Source: Botryllus schlosseri | Taxonomy: Eukaryota | NCBI GenBank assembly: GCA_051294905.1 | Contig: CM119371.1 | Coordinates: 12,030,001-12,094,000, forward strand | Direction: 5' to 3' | DNA length: 64,000 nt | Shown here: in pieces, positions 12,090 to 24,849 of the stretch | How the letters are laid out: every line of letters begins with the position of its first letter | Numbering within the stretch: position 1 is the first letter of the stretch | Notes under the pieces: generated by a model | Database searches by the model: none | Told to the model about the DNA's origin: nothing | What the model saw: only the letters and a program-made list of their open reading frames with translations | Position numbers and translations under genes: made by a program

Positions 12090-12358
12090 AACTACGATTA
12101 CGTGATATTAAATTGTACCTGTATGATACAATACTGAAAAAACGTAGCTCTTGGTTGCAAAAAAGGTTGGTGACCTCTGCTGTACGGTGTAAGTATAGGG
12201 CGATGGCGATTTGGCACTGGATATCCCTGCGCAAGATGGATATTCTTGTTAACTCGCTGCAAAATGCCTCGGACAAAGATGCATTTTTAGGAAAACAATA
12301 AATTTGATTAGAATTAAAATTAGAGCATTTCACATTTCACAAAATAGATTAGAATTAA

Positions 12359-13761
12359 CCCTTTGCATCCGGCGGACCAGTCCGCGATTGTTTAATACGG
12401 AGGAGTCGTTATTTATTCTAAGATAGCGCGACCTGCATTAATTTCTAAACGGTAACAATCGATTAATATGGATAGTTATTATGAATACGCATACATAAGA
12501 CCATGTACAACCTATTATATCAATGTATATCCTGCTTGAAATGCAGATTGAACACGCAAAAACGTTTCCCGCAAAATTGAATTTGTAATCATGTTCGCGT
12601 GAATGAACGCCTGGATTATAAACCATTGTATCTTCCGTTCTAGACGTCATATAACCAATTACAGTTATCTTCTATGACTTGTTGTTGTTCATACTATTCA
12701 ATGAAAGTCCTTATATCGAAGATTAGCACGTAGAGATGTTTCAAATCGACGTGAAAGAAAGCGATACCTTTTTACGTGAAAATCATGGCTGCGTAAGTTC
12801 ATCCGACTCGTTGCGGCTTCAAACAGATGTACAATTGCTTCAGGCAATTGCAAATTGTACATATGGTTGGCCATTATCCTGGCATATTCATCAATATCCC
12901 TATCTTGGGGTTTAGTATTGTATGAAGAAAGCCGACACCAGCCCTAATGCTACACAAATAGGCTATTTTGGTACCACAGCCTGTAATAACAACATCAGCT
13001 ATTATCGGTTATATATCGGTTTAGATGGCACACGAAGTTACTGAAATTGGCTTCTATGACTACTGTTGATCATACATGGAACATTAGCCGTGTAGAATAC
13101 AGTTCAAATTGATTTGAAATAAAGCAATAATGTATCACATGAAATGACTTCTCGAGCGTATATGGGCACTGGGCAGTGTCGAATAAGCCAATATATGTAT
13201 ACTTACGAATCCGTTATGCAGTTGCAAGTTACATATAACAAGCCACTGGGGTTGATACCACTTCAATAGCATGGAGATATATAAAATAGTTACTATGTAA
13301 TGTAGAATTGGAAGTGAATTGCCTTCCGAGAGATTGCGGGATTACGTAATCGATTATTACTCATCGGCAGCGGCCGCGTGATTCGGCTTATCATGTCTAC
13401 CTTTCCAAGATCGTAGCGCTGGGCTATAAAGTGCTATAGTAGCGTGTAATGTCTCGTTGGAACGTAGAGATTCATGCGAAACGCAATCAGGTGGTCATAT
13501 ACTAAGAGAGGGCCTAAGTATGACGTCAGGAGATATAGAAGAACAAAATTGTATTTTATTTTCAAGAAATCGAGAATATTTTCTCGCACACCGCTATTCC
13601 CTCTGGCGTCTGAGCCGTAAGAGTATCTCAGACCGCTAGGCGGCTACTTCAGGTTTACGGCAATATATTGGGCGTCGATTTAAACCATATGGATGACATT
13701 TTATCGTCTTTTTTGTGGATGCAGTAAAATTTTGGTCAGTAGGCCGGCCGATTAGAAAGGG
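12359..13761. mobile_element. piggyBac-like non-autonomous element
   Basis: TTAA|cccttt...aaaggg|TTAA; imperfect TIR extends inward (ccctttgcatccggcggacc vs ggccggccgattagaaaggg). Confidence 0.75.
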
Positions 13762-15692
13762 TTAAAGCATAGAAACATTTCACAAATTAGATTACTGGCA
13801 ATTCGCCCAAATTTAGTGAAATTAGACAACGAGAATTTGCTAGTTGTCCAAGTCTGATTGAAACCTCGACGAAACAATATTTTCATATGAATTGTGTTCC
13901 GGGTTATGATTGAGTATCAGTCATTTCTCGAAACGGGACGAATTATTCCCAATTACAGTACATCGTCAGAAACATAATTCAACATACTCCAAAATCTATA
14001 ATGCGATATTCCTACAACGAGGGCATTTAGTATTTAAAGTATTGTAAGTGACCATAAATTCAGCAAGAAACGTTAATTGTTCGATCAGATTGCTCGGGAT
14101 AAAACTTGAATTTATAAGTAGGTTGACTAAAATTCATGTGGCCCGTTACTGTGTAACATGGGGTTTGTCGTTCACCATTCCTAAACTATGATTCGGTTTA
14201 TGGTTTAATAATGCATGCAGTGAGACACGACGAAAATTGAATTTGCTTCCGCAAGAATCTGTTAGAACGCAGTCATTTTGCAATGGACGATTCCCGCAAC
14301 GTTACTTGACGCATGCGGCAAATGTGCATTTGACCGATCAGGTAATTTGATGAATATACTTCACTCATAAGCTGCTTTCGTGTGTCAATACTTTAGGACC
14401 AGATTTCATGAAGCAAAATTTTGTACTGCTCGTCTACAAACCATCGCCAATACAATGTTCATCTTATCGATACTAATATCATCATTAGTTTTTCTCAGCT
14501 GATATGATTAATCTTGGAGCCACAAGCTCCTTAGCGACAAAGCTGATAGGCCTACCGTAGTAAATGTGACTTGATTTACAGTAGTCATAAACTATTTCTT
14601 TTCCATCACATACACGTACTGAGTGAAAAAAAACCTTTACGACAAGCAGACATGGGGTAATCGCGATTAGTAATCGTAATCGATTACGACGATTACAGCA
14701 TTTTGAAGTAATCGTAATCGCATTCAATTACATTCGAAAAAAATCCGAAGTAATCGTAATCGTAATCGACTACTTCCCATATATAATAGATTTTTTTGTG
14801 AAATAACGATTACTTTTTGTTTGCACAAGGACTATGACATAAACTGAACATTCGTGAACAAGGAAGAGATGTTACACGACACCAGGTTATTGATAGCGCA
14901 ACCGTCTGTTTTCAAACGCCACTGACTCATTATTACGTCAGAAGTATTACTTCCGCTCGTCATTGCGTAAGAAGTATCCACACATATTAAACAGACATTC
15001 GGTGGACATTGTAGTGTGATTGTAAGAACACCTCCCGTGGTGTATATCAGGTTATCAATGCACTACAGAAGCCGCTACCTTGCAGCAGGATATTGATAAC
15101 CACTCCGTCTATAGTTTCAAATAGTAATTTATGTATTGATGTTTGGTTCTGCTTAGTTAAAAGCAGTTTACCATTGCTGCTTGGCCAGCAGGAGGCCTAC
15201 GTACACACGACGAAGATTCGGAATTTTGTACTCGTCGAATAAAACATTGCAGTTTCCACAACGAAGTATTACAAATAAACAGCTGCTGATATATATCATA
15301 ACCGAGCCGTGTTTAGCCGTTTCCCCTAACAGTAGGCTTACCATATTTTGGAAAAGTAAAAAGAGGACACTTTTCAGAAATTTGCAAGATGCAAAATCGG
15401 AGTAAAATTCTCGAAAACCGGTGAATTTTCCCCACTTTGTGATCAGTTGACTAAAAAAAAAGGTTATCTTTTCGCTCAGTGCTAAAATCATCGTTTTTCA
15501 CTCCGAAATACCCGCCGGAGCTTTACTTTTGCGCTAATTTGCGGCATATCACTTGCAATTTGCTCTAAATCTTTACTAAATTTTCAAAAAAGAGGACAGC
15601 TCAGAAAAGAGGACAAAAGGGCGTCCTCCGAGGACACTTTCAAAAAAGTCAAAAAAGAGGACAAATCCTCTTAAAAGAGGACGTATGGTGAG

Positions 15693-15948
15693 TGTTATGT
15701 TCGTGCATTTTACGTTGGTATCGTTTGTTTCTTATTTGTCTAGGATTAGTAATTACCGCCAATCATTATTTCCTCGTGTGTCTTGCTTCGTATTTATACC
15801 GTGTGTTCTGTTGTCTCGTCGTCTTTCATTAAACTGCACTCTGGATCGTGTCGCTGCCTTATAGTTATTCTGCTGATAATATATACAGATTTCGTATTGC
15901 AACCTCGTCGTATTGAGTTATTGTTCAAACAAGATCAAGAACATAACA
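15693..15948 (+). repeat. 5' LTR (256 bp)
   Basis: TGTTATG...CATAACA; differs from the 3' LTR by about 3 substitutions and one 2-bp indel. Confidence 0.95.
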
Positions 15949-15950
15949 AT

Positions 15951-15968
15951 TGGTGTCAGAAGTCGGAT
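15951..15968 (+). promoter_or_regulatory. Primer-binding site, probably tRNA-Leu
   Basis: tggtgtcagaagtcggat, 2 nt after the 5' LTR; complementary to the 3' end of tRNA-Leu (...CUUCUGACACCA). Confidence 0.8.
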
Positions 15969-15998
15969 TCATAGTTATTTCTGCGACGAATATATATC

Positions 15999-17726
15999 AT
16001 GGAAGCAAGTATATTGAAGCTTCTGGAGAAGCAGCAGGAAATGATGGCGGAACAACGCGCACAGCGTAAAGAAGAGCTGGAGCAGCAAAATGCTCGGCAC
16101 AGAGACGATTTGAAACAACAAGCGAAGCAGCAAGAGATTATGGCGCAACAACAAGCGAAGCAGCAAGAGATGATGGTGCAACAACAAGCAAAGCATGACG
16201 AAGCAATGGCAAAAGTCATGACAGAGATGGCGCAATTGACGCAGAGGTTGAGTCCCGGTGCGTCAACATCTGAAGCTACCGCTCCCAAGTTTGATTCATT
16301 TGTAAAATCAAAGGAGAAATGGGACCAATATCTTCAGCGATTCAACCATCACCTAGCAATTTACGGCATTTCCAATATGGAGAAGAAAAGAGCGTGTCTA
16401 CTCTCATGGGTCGGACCTGAAACCTACTCGCTTCTACGTAATTTGTTTGGTGCTGCTGATGTCAGTGCGCAAACCTTCGACGCGTTGACTGAGAAGTTGT
16501 CTTCACACTTCACAGACTCAATTCATGTGCAAGCAGCCAGGTACGAATTTTACAATTGCAAAATGCAGCCGGGACAATCGTACGCCGATTGGATCGCTAC
16601 TCTACGCGGAATCTCCAAGGATTGCAACTTCACATGCTCAAGAGATGGCTGTGATCAAAGCTACGTTGATGAGCTAATGCGCGATCTCATCATTAAAGAA
16701 ACGCCGCACGCGGATGTGAGACGGCATTGTCTAACACAAACCAATCCATCCCTTGACGATGTTCTCAAAGTAGCTGCAACATACGTGAGAACGCTGGAAA
16801 CCGATAGGGTTATCCAAGGCTAGAGTAGCGGTAAAGACACTTCCGTCGTCAACAAAATGACAGGAAGTTATCAGAAGGGGAGAAAACCTTCAAAATCCAT
16901 CCAAGGCAACTTCCCGGAAAGACTGAAATCCTGCAGCCGCTGTTTCATCGATCACCAGAGAAAAGACTGTCAATATCGACATGCAGTATGTCAGAAATGT
17001 GGTCTTAAAGGTCATATTAAGCCTGTGTGCATGTCTACCAAACCTAGTATCACGCAACAGGTCACATCCGTCAATTTCTGCTCAGTGCCACTCCTCTCCT
17101 TCGACATCGATCAACTATATCGACGCGTAGGAAACCAGGTCTGGATCAACTCCAGCATCAACGGCATTCCGTTGCCGACACAGTGGGACACTGGTGCACC
17201 CTCCGTCATGGTGGGATTGACTGGTTACAAAACTTTGGGCTCTCCGAAACTCTCAGCATACCATTGCTCCTTCGTAGCGTATGGCGACAAACCACTGAAA
17301 GTGAAAGGTATTTGCACTGTAACCGTGCAGGTGGGCTCGGAAGTTCGAGTTGGCTTAAAATTGGTAGTTCTCGACGAACACCGTGGGCAAAACATTTTTG
17401 GTCTCGATTGGAGCGATGCTTTCTCCATGACCGCTAAGGGAACGTCTGCTTTGGATGCAATTTTCTCGCAGATGGTCAAATCGCAATCATGTAATACTAT
17501 TGACATTTCTGATTCGAACGACAAATTGGTATCTTTTCAGTCCAAATTTCCCTCCGTTTTCTCTAATGTATTAGGACGATGCACCAAGACAAAGGTGACA
17601 ATTCACTTGAAACCTAATGCCAAGCCCGTGTTCAACAAGCCACGTCCTTTGCCTTTCGCTAGGCAAATCGCTGTTCAAACCGAATTGGATAGATTAGTCA
17701 ATCAAGGTATTCTCGAACGAATCAAT
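15999..17726 (+). pseudogene. gag: Gypsy gag + protease (in-frame TAG at 16821-16823)
   Basis: Coiled-coil N-terminus, capsid-like region, zinc knuckles CSRCFIDHQRKDC and CQKCGLKGHIKPVC, protease WDTGA; ORFs 15999-16823 and 16857-17759 share one frame. Confidence 0.9.
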
Positions 17727-20478
17727 AGGCCTTTTGCAGGACTTCGATCACGTGACTAGATACGCATAGCAACAACAAATTGGTTAGCAAGCTACTTTCT
17801 CGCGCACCTGCTTCAGTGCTAAATTTCGCATAGTGTACTGTTGATTTCTGGTTGTAAACGTTTCGGAAATTTGTTGTAGAAGTCATCAGAGATTCACCTA
17901 TGCTAGATGTCAATCATGTACAAAGCATTTCGAATGATATCGTCAGAATTACGCAGAAATCCATCGGTAACGTAGTCGTATTACGGTACTCAACTCTGAT
18001 CATATGTACTTAAATTTATGCATTTGAAGTAAAGCGATTGGCTTATATTCTGGTAAGAGTATTTGTTAGTTCAAGCAGTACTATTTGTCTGTTGTGGAGC
18101 CTGATTTTGGATGGAAGATATGACTGAAGCAGCCGGGACCCGCAAGGATCAGGATATACTGTCTGCTGGTTTGGGTGCTGGCGTGCTGCTATAAAACAAA
18201 TGTCGCTGAACACATCGGAAGTATCTTTTGGGAGAACCTGCCGTCAAGACTAAGCAAATCAGTGCACTTTATTGTTGCCTTATACAATCCCAATTTTATT
18301 ACAACTACTTCGCAACTGCGATTGAAGTGGATTTGGCAAATCACACTCGATTTTGATAAATAGTTGATGTCACATATGTGCGATATTTAGCGAACTAAGG
18401 GAAGTAACTATCATATAACTCTTAGAGCAGCTCAAACGCAGTGACAAGATCGGTCATCCTATACCCAGACGTGGTCAACGTGGTCATTGTTGGGAACCGA
18501 GTAGAAGTAATGCCTTAATTTATACTCCAGTACAAGTAGCACTAATTACTTCCAGGACATGTCCAAAGTACTTCAAGTGGAAGTAGAAATGAATTTCTGA
18601 AAAGCGGTCAAGAAATTCGTTACATGAAGTAGATTTGGTTGAGGGTCACTTAGTTTTAGAAATTGATGCCATGTGACAACTGTAAACATTGCATGTTGCA
18701 TCTTCTTGATCAACGCAAAAGGGTGATGACACCACAAATAAGTGCAATTTTCAAAAATTAATTTAGTTACCGTGGTACTGGGGCTATTTTGCCCAGTTGT
18801 TATGACAACCTCACGCTTGAAGGGGATGCAATCATGCGCCAAAGCTACTTTCTAGTTGACAAAATCCCAAACCTGACAAAAAAGTACTACCTAAAAAGTG
18901 TCAAGTAGAAGTGGAAGTAGCCTAAACTCATAATGACGCTAGTACTCAGGTAAAATAGTACTTCGTTGCTGACCCCCTCTGTGTATTGGCTCATCCAACT
19001 CAGAAACATCCTCTAAAGACGACTAACATTGTTTCTTTCGCATTGACTCCGTAATATTCTGAACTTATGATATTCTTTGATTCATTGAATTTACAAATAA
19101 ACTTGTAAAGAAGATCGATTTATTAATTTTTGTGCATTCGATACCCAGAGCATAAGAAATAGTTGAAGAAAAATGGATGTTAACCTTATCAAGTTCAATA
19201 ACTGCCGAGACTGTTATGCCTATGTATTTTCCTCTACCTCCATAGCCACTTGTCTAGACATATTCATAGCATCCACGGAAGAGCGCTTGTCTTGCTGTAC
19301 ACAAATGAAATATCATTTTCAAAGCAGACATCAACATCGGGAAAGAAGTTCAGGACAGTTAGTCAGTGGTCAGATCATCTGCTGACATTTTCTGTTGGCA
19401 TGAAACCACGCTGCCTTCCACCGCATGACCAAATTTTATGTGGTGATAATAATTGGCTCCAGGTTGAATTCTTGACGAGGGCATCATCAATTTCTTAGTT
19501 GCCTATGTTCGGCTCTCTTGGGATAATCCATCAGATCATTATTCCGTATGCATGTGGTATAGCCATATGTCTTGAAACTCAAGATATTTGCACTGTGCCA
19601 TAGAGTGAAGTAATCCAATCCAGGCAATCAATCAAGTAATCCAGGCCCCGGGACAGTTTGTTTCACCCTCAATTGGAGCTGATGATCATTTTCCTTCGGG
19701 TAGTGGCACTTGGCAGCATGACAGAATGATCAATAACTTGTAATATAGGTGTAGAGGTCTAAACATTTTGAATTGTTTAACTGAGAAGTCATACAATAGC
19801 TTAGGATATTTAATATATATATGGTATGTAGCACATTGCATGAATTCATAACACATCAACGTACTGGCACTGGCAGTCATTGTCTCTTAGGCTTAAAAAT
19901 AGCAGTATCCTATATTGCAATCGATATCAATCATCAAAATGCTGCAATGATTACCAACTACCGCTACAATACAACTATAGTATACTATCCACACCTAACT
20001 TAATGCTGCAATAAATATCACGCAGTCAATGTCCTGCAATGTCGAATTTTGTGTCATAAAATCATAGTTGACTACCAAATAACGGCTACAATGTCGATCA
20101 TTTTGACGCAAGGAGTTTACATAGTTCATGAATCAAAGACATCCAACATATTTGAATCCTTGCGCATCTCCATGACACTTGCGAACGTTTACAGCCCGAA
20201 AACAATAATATACTGTATCCGAAATACGGCTACGTTAACGACGGATTTCTGCGTAATTCTCACGATATCATTCTATGTGCTTTGTACAGGATTGACATCT
20301 AGCATAGGTAAATCTCTGATGACTTCTACAACAAATTTCCGAAACGTTTACAACCAGAAATCAACAGTACACTATGCGATATTTAGCACTGAAGCAGGTG
20401 CTCGAGAAAGTAGCTTGCTAACCAATTTGTTGTTGCTATGCGTATCTAGTCACGTGATCGAAGTCCTGCAAAAGGCCT
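17727..20478. mobile_element. DNA transposon with ~260-bp TIRs, probably ISL2EU/PHIS group, inserted in pol
   Basis: aggccttttgcagg...cctgcaaaaggcct; removing it with one AT restores GILERINYSDWAAP; faint minus-strand remnant MEVEENT...IRLTS at ~19175-19261. Confidence 0.8.
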
Positions 20479-20480
20479 AT

Positions 20481-22083
20481 TACAGTGATTGGGCAGCACC
20501 AAATGTTGCCGTCACTAAATCAAATGGATCAGTACGCATTTGTGGTGACTTCAAAGCATTGAATCAACAGATTCAGATAGATCAACATCCCCTGCCCTCC
20601 TTGGATGAAATCCTTCACAAGTTACAGGGTGGTTGTATTTTCACGAAAATTGATCTTGCCGATGCTTATTTTCAGCTAGAATTGAATGATGATGCGAAGA
20701 ATTTGTGTGTCATCAACACGCAATTCGGTCTATTCCGTTATCGACGCATGTGTTTCGGAGTCGCATCTAGTCCCGCCAATTTCCAACGCTGCATTGATGC
20801 CATGATCGCCGGCTTACCCGGTGTTGCTAGTTTTATCGATGACATAATCGTTACTGGCATTGATGAACGCGACCATTTTCGCAACTTATCGCTACTCTTT
20901 GAGCGCCTCACCGAGTACGGTTTCACCGTCAACTTCGCAAAATGTGAATTTTTCAAAAGTAGTATCGAGTACCTTGGTCACATAATCGACAAGGACGACA
21001 AACGCCCGTCTCACAAATCCGTTGAAGCAATCAAACAGTTGCCTAAACCTCAGGATGTTCACCAGCTACAGGCATTCCTGGGCAAAGTCAATTATTATCG
21101 CATGTTTATTCCTAATTTCACGAACAAAGCCGCTGCCTTGTACCGTCTTCTTCAAAAAGACGCGAAATTCATTTGGAATACGAACTGTGACGCAGCTTTT
21201 CGCATTCTCAAAAACGACGTAATCGACGCTACGCAGTTAGCTCATTATGATGTAAACAAGCAGCTCATTTTGTCAACGGATGCTTCTCAATTCGGAATCG
21301 GCGCTGTCCTCTCAATCGAGCACAATGGCGAAGAGAGACCGATCGCGCACGCATCAAAAACGCTTTCGGATTCGCAAAAATCCTACTCTCAAATAGAGAA
21401 GGAAGCTCTGTCAATCATTTACGGAGTCACTAAATTTCGTCAATTCTTGTATGGTAGAAAATTTACGCTCGTGACGGACCACAAACCGCTTTCAGCTATT
21501 TTCTCGCCGGACAAGAAAATTCCCGTGATTACAGCGCAACGCTTACAGCGATGGGCACTAACGCTCATGGCTTACCAATACGATATTCGCTATAAACCGA
21601 CTAATCAGCACGGAAACGCCGACGGTTTATCTCGTCTACCAAAGGGTCCAGACCCTGAGTTTGACGAACTGGAAATTCGTGAAAACGCGGAGATCGTTCA
21701 CGCTAATAATATTGCATTCGATGGCTTACCGTTAACTCGCAATGAAATTCGCGACGCGACGCTGACGGACAAAACCATGAAAATAGTAAAATTATCTGTC
21801 ACTCATGGTAATTGGAATCCAAAGACGCACATTGATGATTTTTCTTGGTTTTCGACTCGCAAACATTCGCTCTCTCTGCACGAAGACATAGTCATGCTCA
21901 ATATTGATGGTTTTCAGCGCGTAGTAATTCCGCAGTCACTTCGCTCGCGAGTCTTATCATTGTTGCACGAAGGACATTGGGGTATCGCGAAAATGAAGCA
22001 GATGGCTCGACGTTACATCGCATGGCCTTCCATTAATCGCGACATTGAAAATCTCGTTAAGAGTTGCGACGCTTGCCGTAAGG
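20481..22083 (+). pseudogene. pol: Gypsy pol: RT, RNase H and integrase zinc finger
   Basis: WAAP..VRICGDFK, KIDLADAYFQ, ASFIDDII, TDASQFGIGAVL, YSQIEKEAL, LHEGHWG...CDAC. Confidence 0.95.
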
Positions 22084-23640
22084 CAAGGGTCGGCAACCTA
22101 CGGCCCGCGGGCCGGATCCGGCCCGCCAAGCGAAATCGTCCGGCTCGCGACATAATAATTAGTTATCACAAGAATACGGCCCGCCGTTTCATAATCAGTT
22201 TCAATCTGCAGTGCAGCAATGCATGAAAAAAATGCGGCATTGCTACGATATAATAGTAGCCTACATCGTATTAGTCCATTGTTACGCCATAAAACGAAGG
22301 TGGTTGAAGTAGGAGATGGAGATAGGCTAGACTGGATCAGTGCTTATCAATCGGGTGTGTCTCGCAACCGAAAGGTGTTCCATACTTTTTTAAAGGGTTT
22401 ACCACTCTAATGGGGTGTGACAATAAAGTTGTTCTTCCTTTGCTTCAAAAACGCATGGAACACTGCAGACGCAAAGACGGAATCTCAAACTGCTCAATTA
22501 TAGATAACTAGCCTAGCCTCCGTATGTTACTTAGCCTATCTATAGTTTAATTTTCCAGAAGGCATTGTGAGCCAAGACAAAAAACCTGAATAGTGTTTTG
22601 GCCACAATGGTGAAAACTATTAATATGATATTACTTGAAGCAGAGAATCAATATGGCGATGTCATGTAGGCCTATATCTGTCATGTTCGCGCATTAAGTC
22701 AAGCAGCTATGCTTACACGAGTGTATGAACTGAGAAATGAAATAGCAACTTTCCTCGAAAACACAAATATCGTCGACCCATAATCTTGTAATCGAAAATG
22801 GGTATCTCATCTTGCTTTGCTGGTACATTTAACGTCACACCTGAACAAATTGAATTTGCAACTTCAGGGGGAAAACAACTAAATACATGAGATGTTGAGG
22901 CGCATTTAAAACAAATCTGTGACTCTGGAAATGTCAACAGTACAAAGAAAATTATGCTCACTTTCCTATACTGGAGGAGAGAAAACCTAGTACCGACACT
23001 ACATTTCTAACTGTGATACGAAATTTAACTGCTGAATATTCACCCGCTTTTCCGACATTCCTTCTCTATAAAATGAATTCTGACTATTCAGTACTCTGTT
23101 TAATGTGGACGCCAATACCATTGCCTGAAAATTTCAAATAGGCCTTTCTGAAAGGCGATGCAGTTGAATTGAATGCCAAATTTCATACAAAGAGCATATC
23201 GCTGCATGACTTTGACAAAGAGTAGGTTCTTAAAATTGGTCTTTATCCCAGCTTGACCAACAATGCAAAAGAAATTGCATCGATTTTTGGAAGCACGTAC
23301 GCATGTGAACAATAGTTTTGAACAATGAAATTCACGAAGAGCAAGCTAAGATCACGTATTTCGGACGTCCATTTTGAATAGGGTCTGATTTTTGTTTCAT
23401 CTGACTTGTTACCAGAAGTTGAAAACCTTTCACAAAGCAAGCTGCGTCAATTGTCACATTTATTCTGTGTTGTTGAAGTGTAAATACATATGTCTTCTGA
23501 TAGGTATGATTGAGATTGCAGCAATGTAGGATAATATACCGAAGTGAGCGTAAAATATAGTACTAAGAAAAATTCCGGCCCGCCAGAAAGTTGTACACCA
23601 AAAATTTGGCTCGCGACTAGCAAAAGGTTGCCGACCCCTG
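22084..23640 (+). mobile_element. hAT (Charlie/Buster-like) element inserted in the integrase
   Basis: TIR caagggtcggcaac...gttgccgacccctg; perfect TSD ccgtaagg; remnant FGSTYACEQ*F*TMKFTKSKLRSRI; removal restores CDACRKVMKAP. Confidence 0.92.
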
Positions 23641-23648
23641 CCGTAAGG

Positions 23649-24562
23649 TAATGAAAGCGCCTGATCGTCAGTATCGCGAATGGCCTAAAACTTCTGAAAG
23701 CTTTGAACGAATTCACTTGGATTTCGCAGGTCCAACAAACAATAAAATATTTCTTGTCATCGTCGATGCGCATTCGAAATATCCTTTCGCTAAAGTAATG
23801 AATGTCGGTTCTACCACAACCTTGTGTGTGGTCAACGCTTTGCGGGAAGTCTTCTCTATTGAAGGCTTGCCCGTAACAATTGTCACGGATGGCGGGCCGC
23901 AATTCACACCGAATGAATTCGATACGTTTTGCTCTAATTTGGCAATCAGCCATATCGTATCACCGTCTTTTCACCCTGCCTCGAACGGGGAAGCGGAGCG
24001 TTTCGTCCAGACTTTAAAAGCTGGATTATTAAAAAATTGCGACGGGGAAAAAGATCTCAACTTCGCGCTCCAAACACTTCTCGCTACGTACCGATGTGCA
24101 CCGCACCCGGGCATAGACTGGTAAACGCCTGCCGAGATTTTACATGGTCGACAGCCGCGCAATTTGTTAAGTTTGTGCTCGCCATTCGATAAATCGAAAC
24201 CCGTTACGCCTAGACAATCAGTCACTCATTTCGAGATTGGTTCCTCGGTTTACGCTCGCAGTTACCGAAGCGGACCGAAGTGGGTTGTTGGCGTGGTGAC
24301 GGAAATACTGGGGCGTGTTGTGTACATTGTAAAAACAGATCATGGGTATTGGAGAAGGCATAAGAACCAACTCCAACCACGCTTGATTTCAGCTGGCAAT
24401 AATACAGCCACACAGGAAGTTGTTCAACCTCGGCAACCACAAGTTGAGCAACCATTGGTCAGGAATAGGGCACAACGTCCTGTAGCTAGTCCTGCTCGAA
24501 CGTCGGGCAGACGTTATCCGATTAGACTTAGAAAACAAACTGAGTTCTATCGGCCAACGTAA
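23649..24562 (+). pseudogene. pol: Gypsy integrase core and C-terminal module (in-frame TAA at 24122-24124)
   Basis: IHLDFAG, VTDGGPQF and SNGEAERFV (D,D-35-E); continues in the same frame as GIDW*TPAEILHGR...KWVVGVV...WRRHKNQL. Confidence 0.92.
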
Positions 24563-24585
24563 ACTACCTTGTATTCTCAACTTAC

Positions 24586-24594
24586 AGGGGAGGA
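24586..24594 (+). promoter_or_regulatory. Polypurine tract
   Basis: aggggagga directly before the 3' LTR. Confidence 0.8.
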
Positions 24595-24595
24595 C

Positions 24596-24849
24596 TGTTA
24601 TGTTCGTGCATTTTACGTTGGTATCGTTTGTTTCTTATTTGTCTAGGATTAGTAATTACCGCCAATCATTATTTCCTCGTGTGTCTTGCTTCGTATTTAT
24701 ACCCTGTGTTCCGTTGTCTCGTCGTCTTTCATTAAACTGCACTCTGGATCGTGTCGCTGCCTTATAGTTATTCTGCTGATAATATACTGATTTCGTATTG
24801 CAACCTCGTCGTATTGAGTTATTGTTCAAACAAGATCAAGAACATAACA
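24596..24849 (+). repeat. 3' LTR (254 bp)
   Basis: Near-identical direct repeat of 15693-15948. Confidence 0.95.

Larger units (their letters stand above)
15693..24849 (+). mobile_element. Full-length Ty3/Gypsy LTR retrotransposon (Mag-like), disabled
   Basis: Two TG...CA LTRs, PBS, PPT, 5-bp TSD gtgag/gtaag; domain order gag-2xCCHC-PR-RT-RH-INT; two in-frame stops and two DNA-transposon insertions. Confidence 0.96.

Noticed and set aside
15956..16288. Cys-rich and Leu/His-rich minus-strand ORFs
   Set aside because: Antisense shadows of the Gln/Ala-rich gag coiled coil
16821..16823. Programmed gag-pol readthrough at the TAG
   Set aside because: The stop lies before the zinc knuckles, a second in-frame stop occurs in the integrase, and Mag-like elements usually have a single ORF; a nonsense mutation is the simpler explanation
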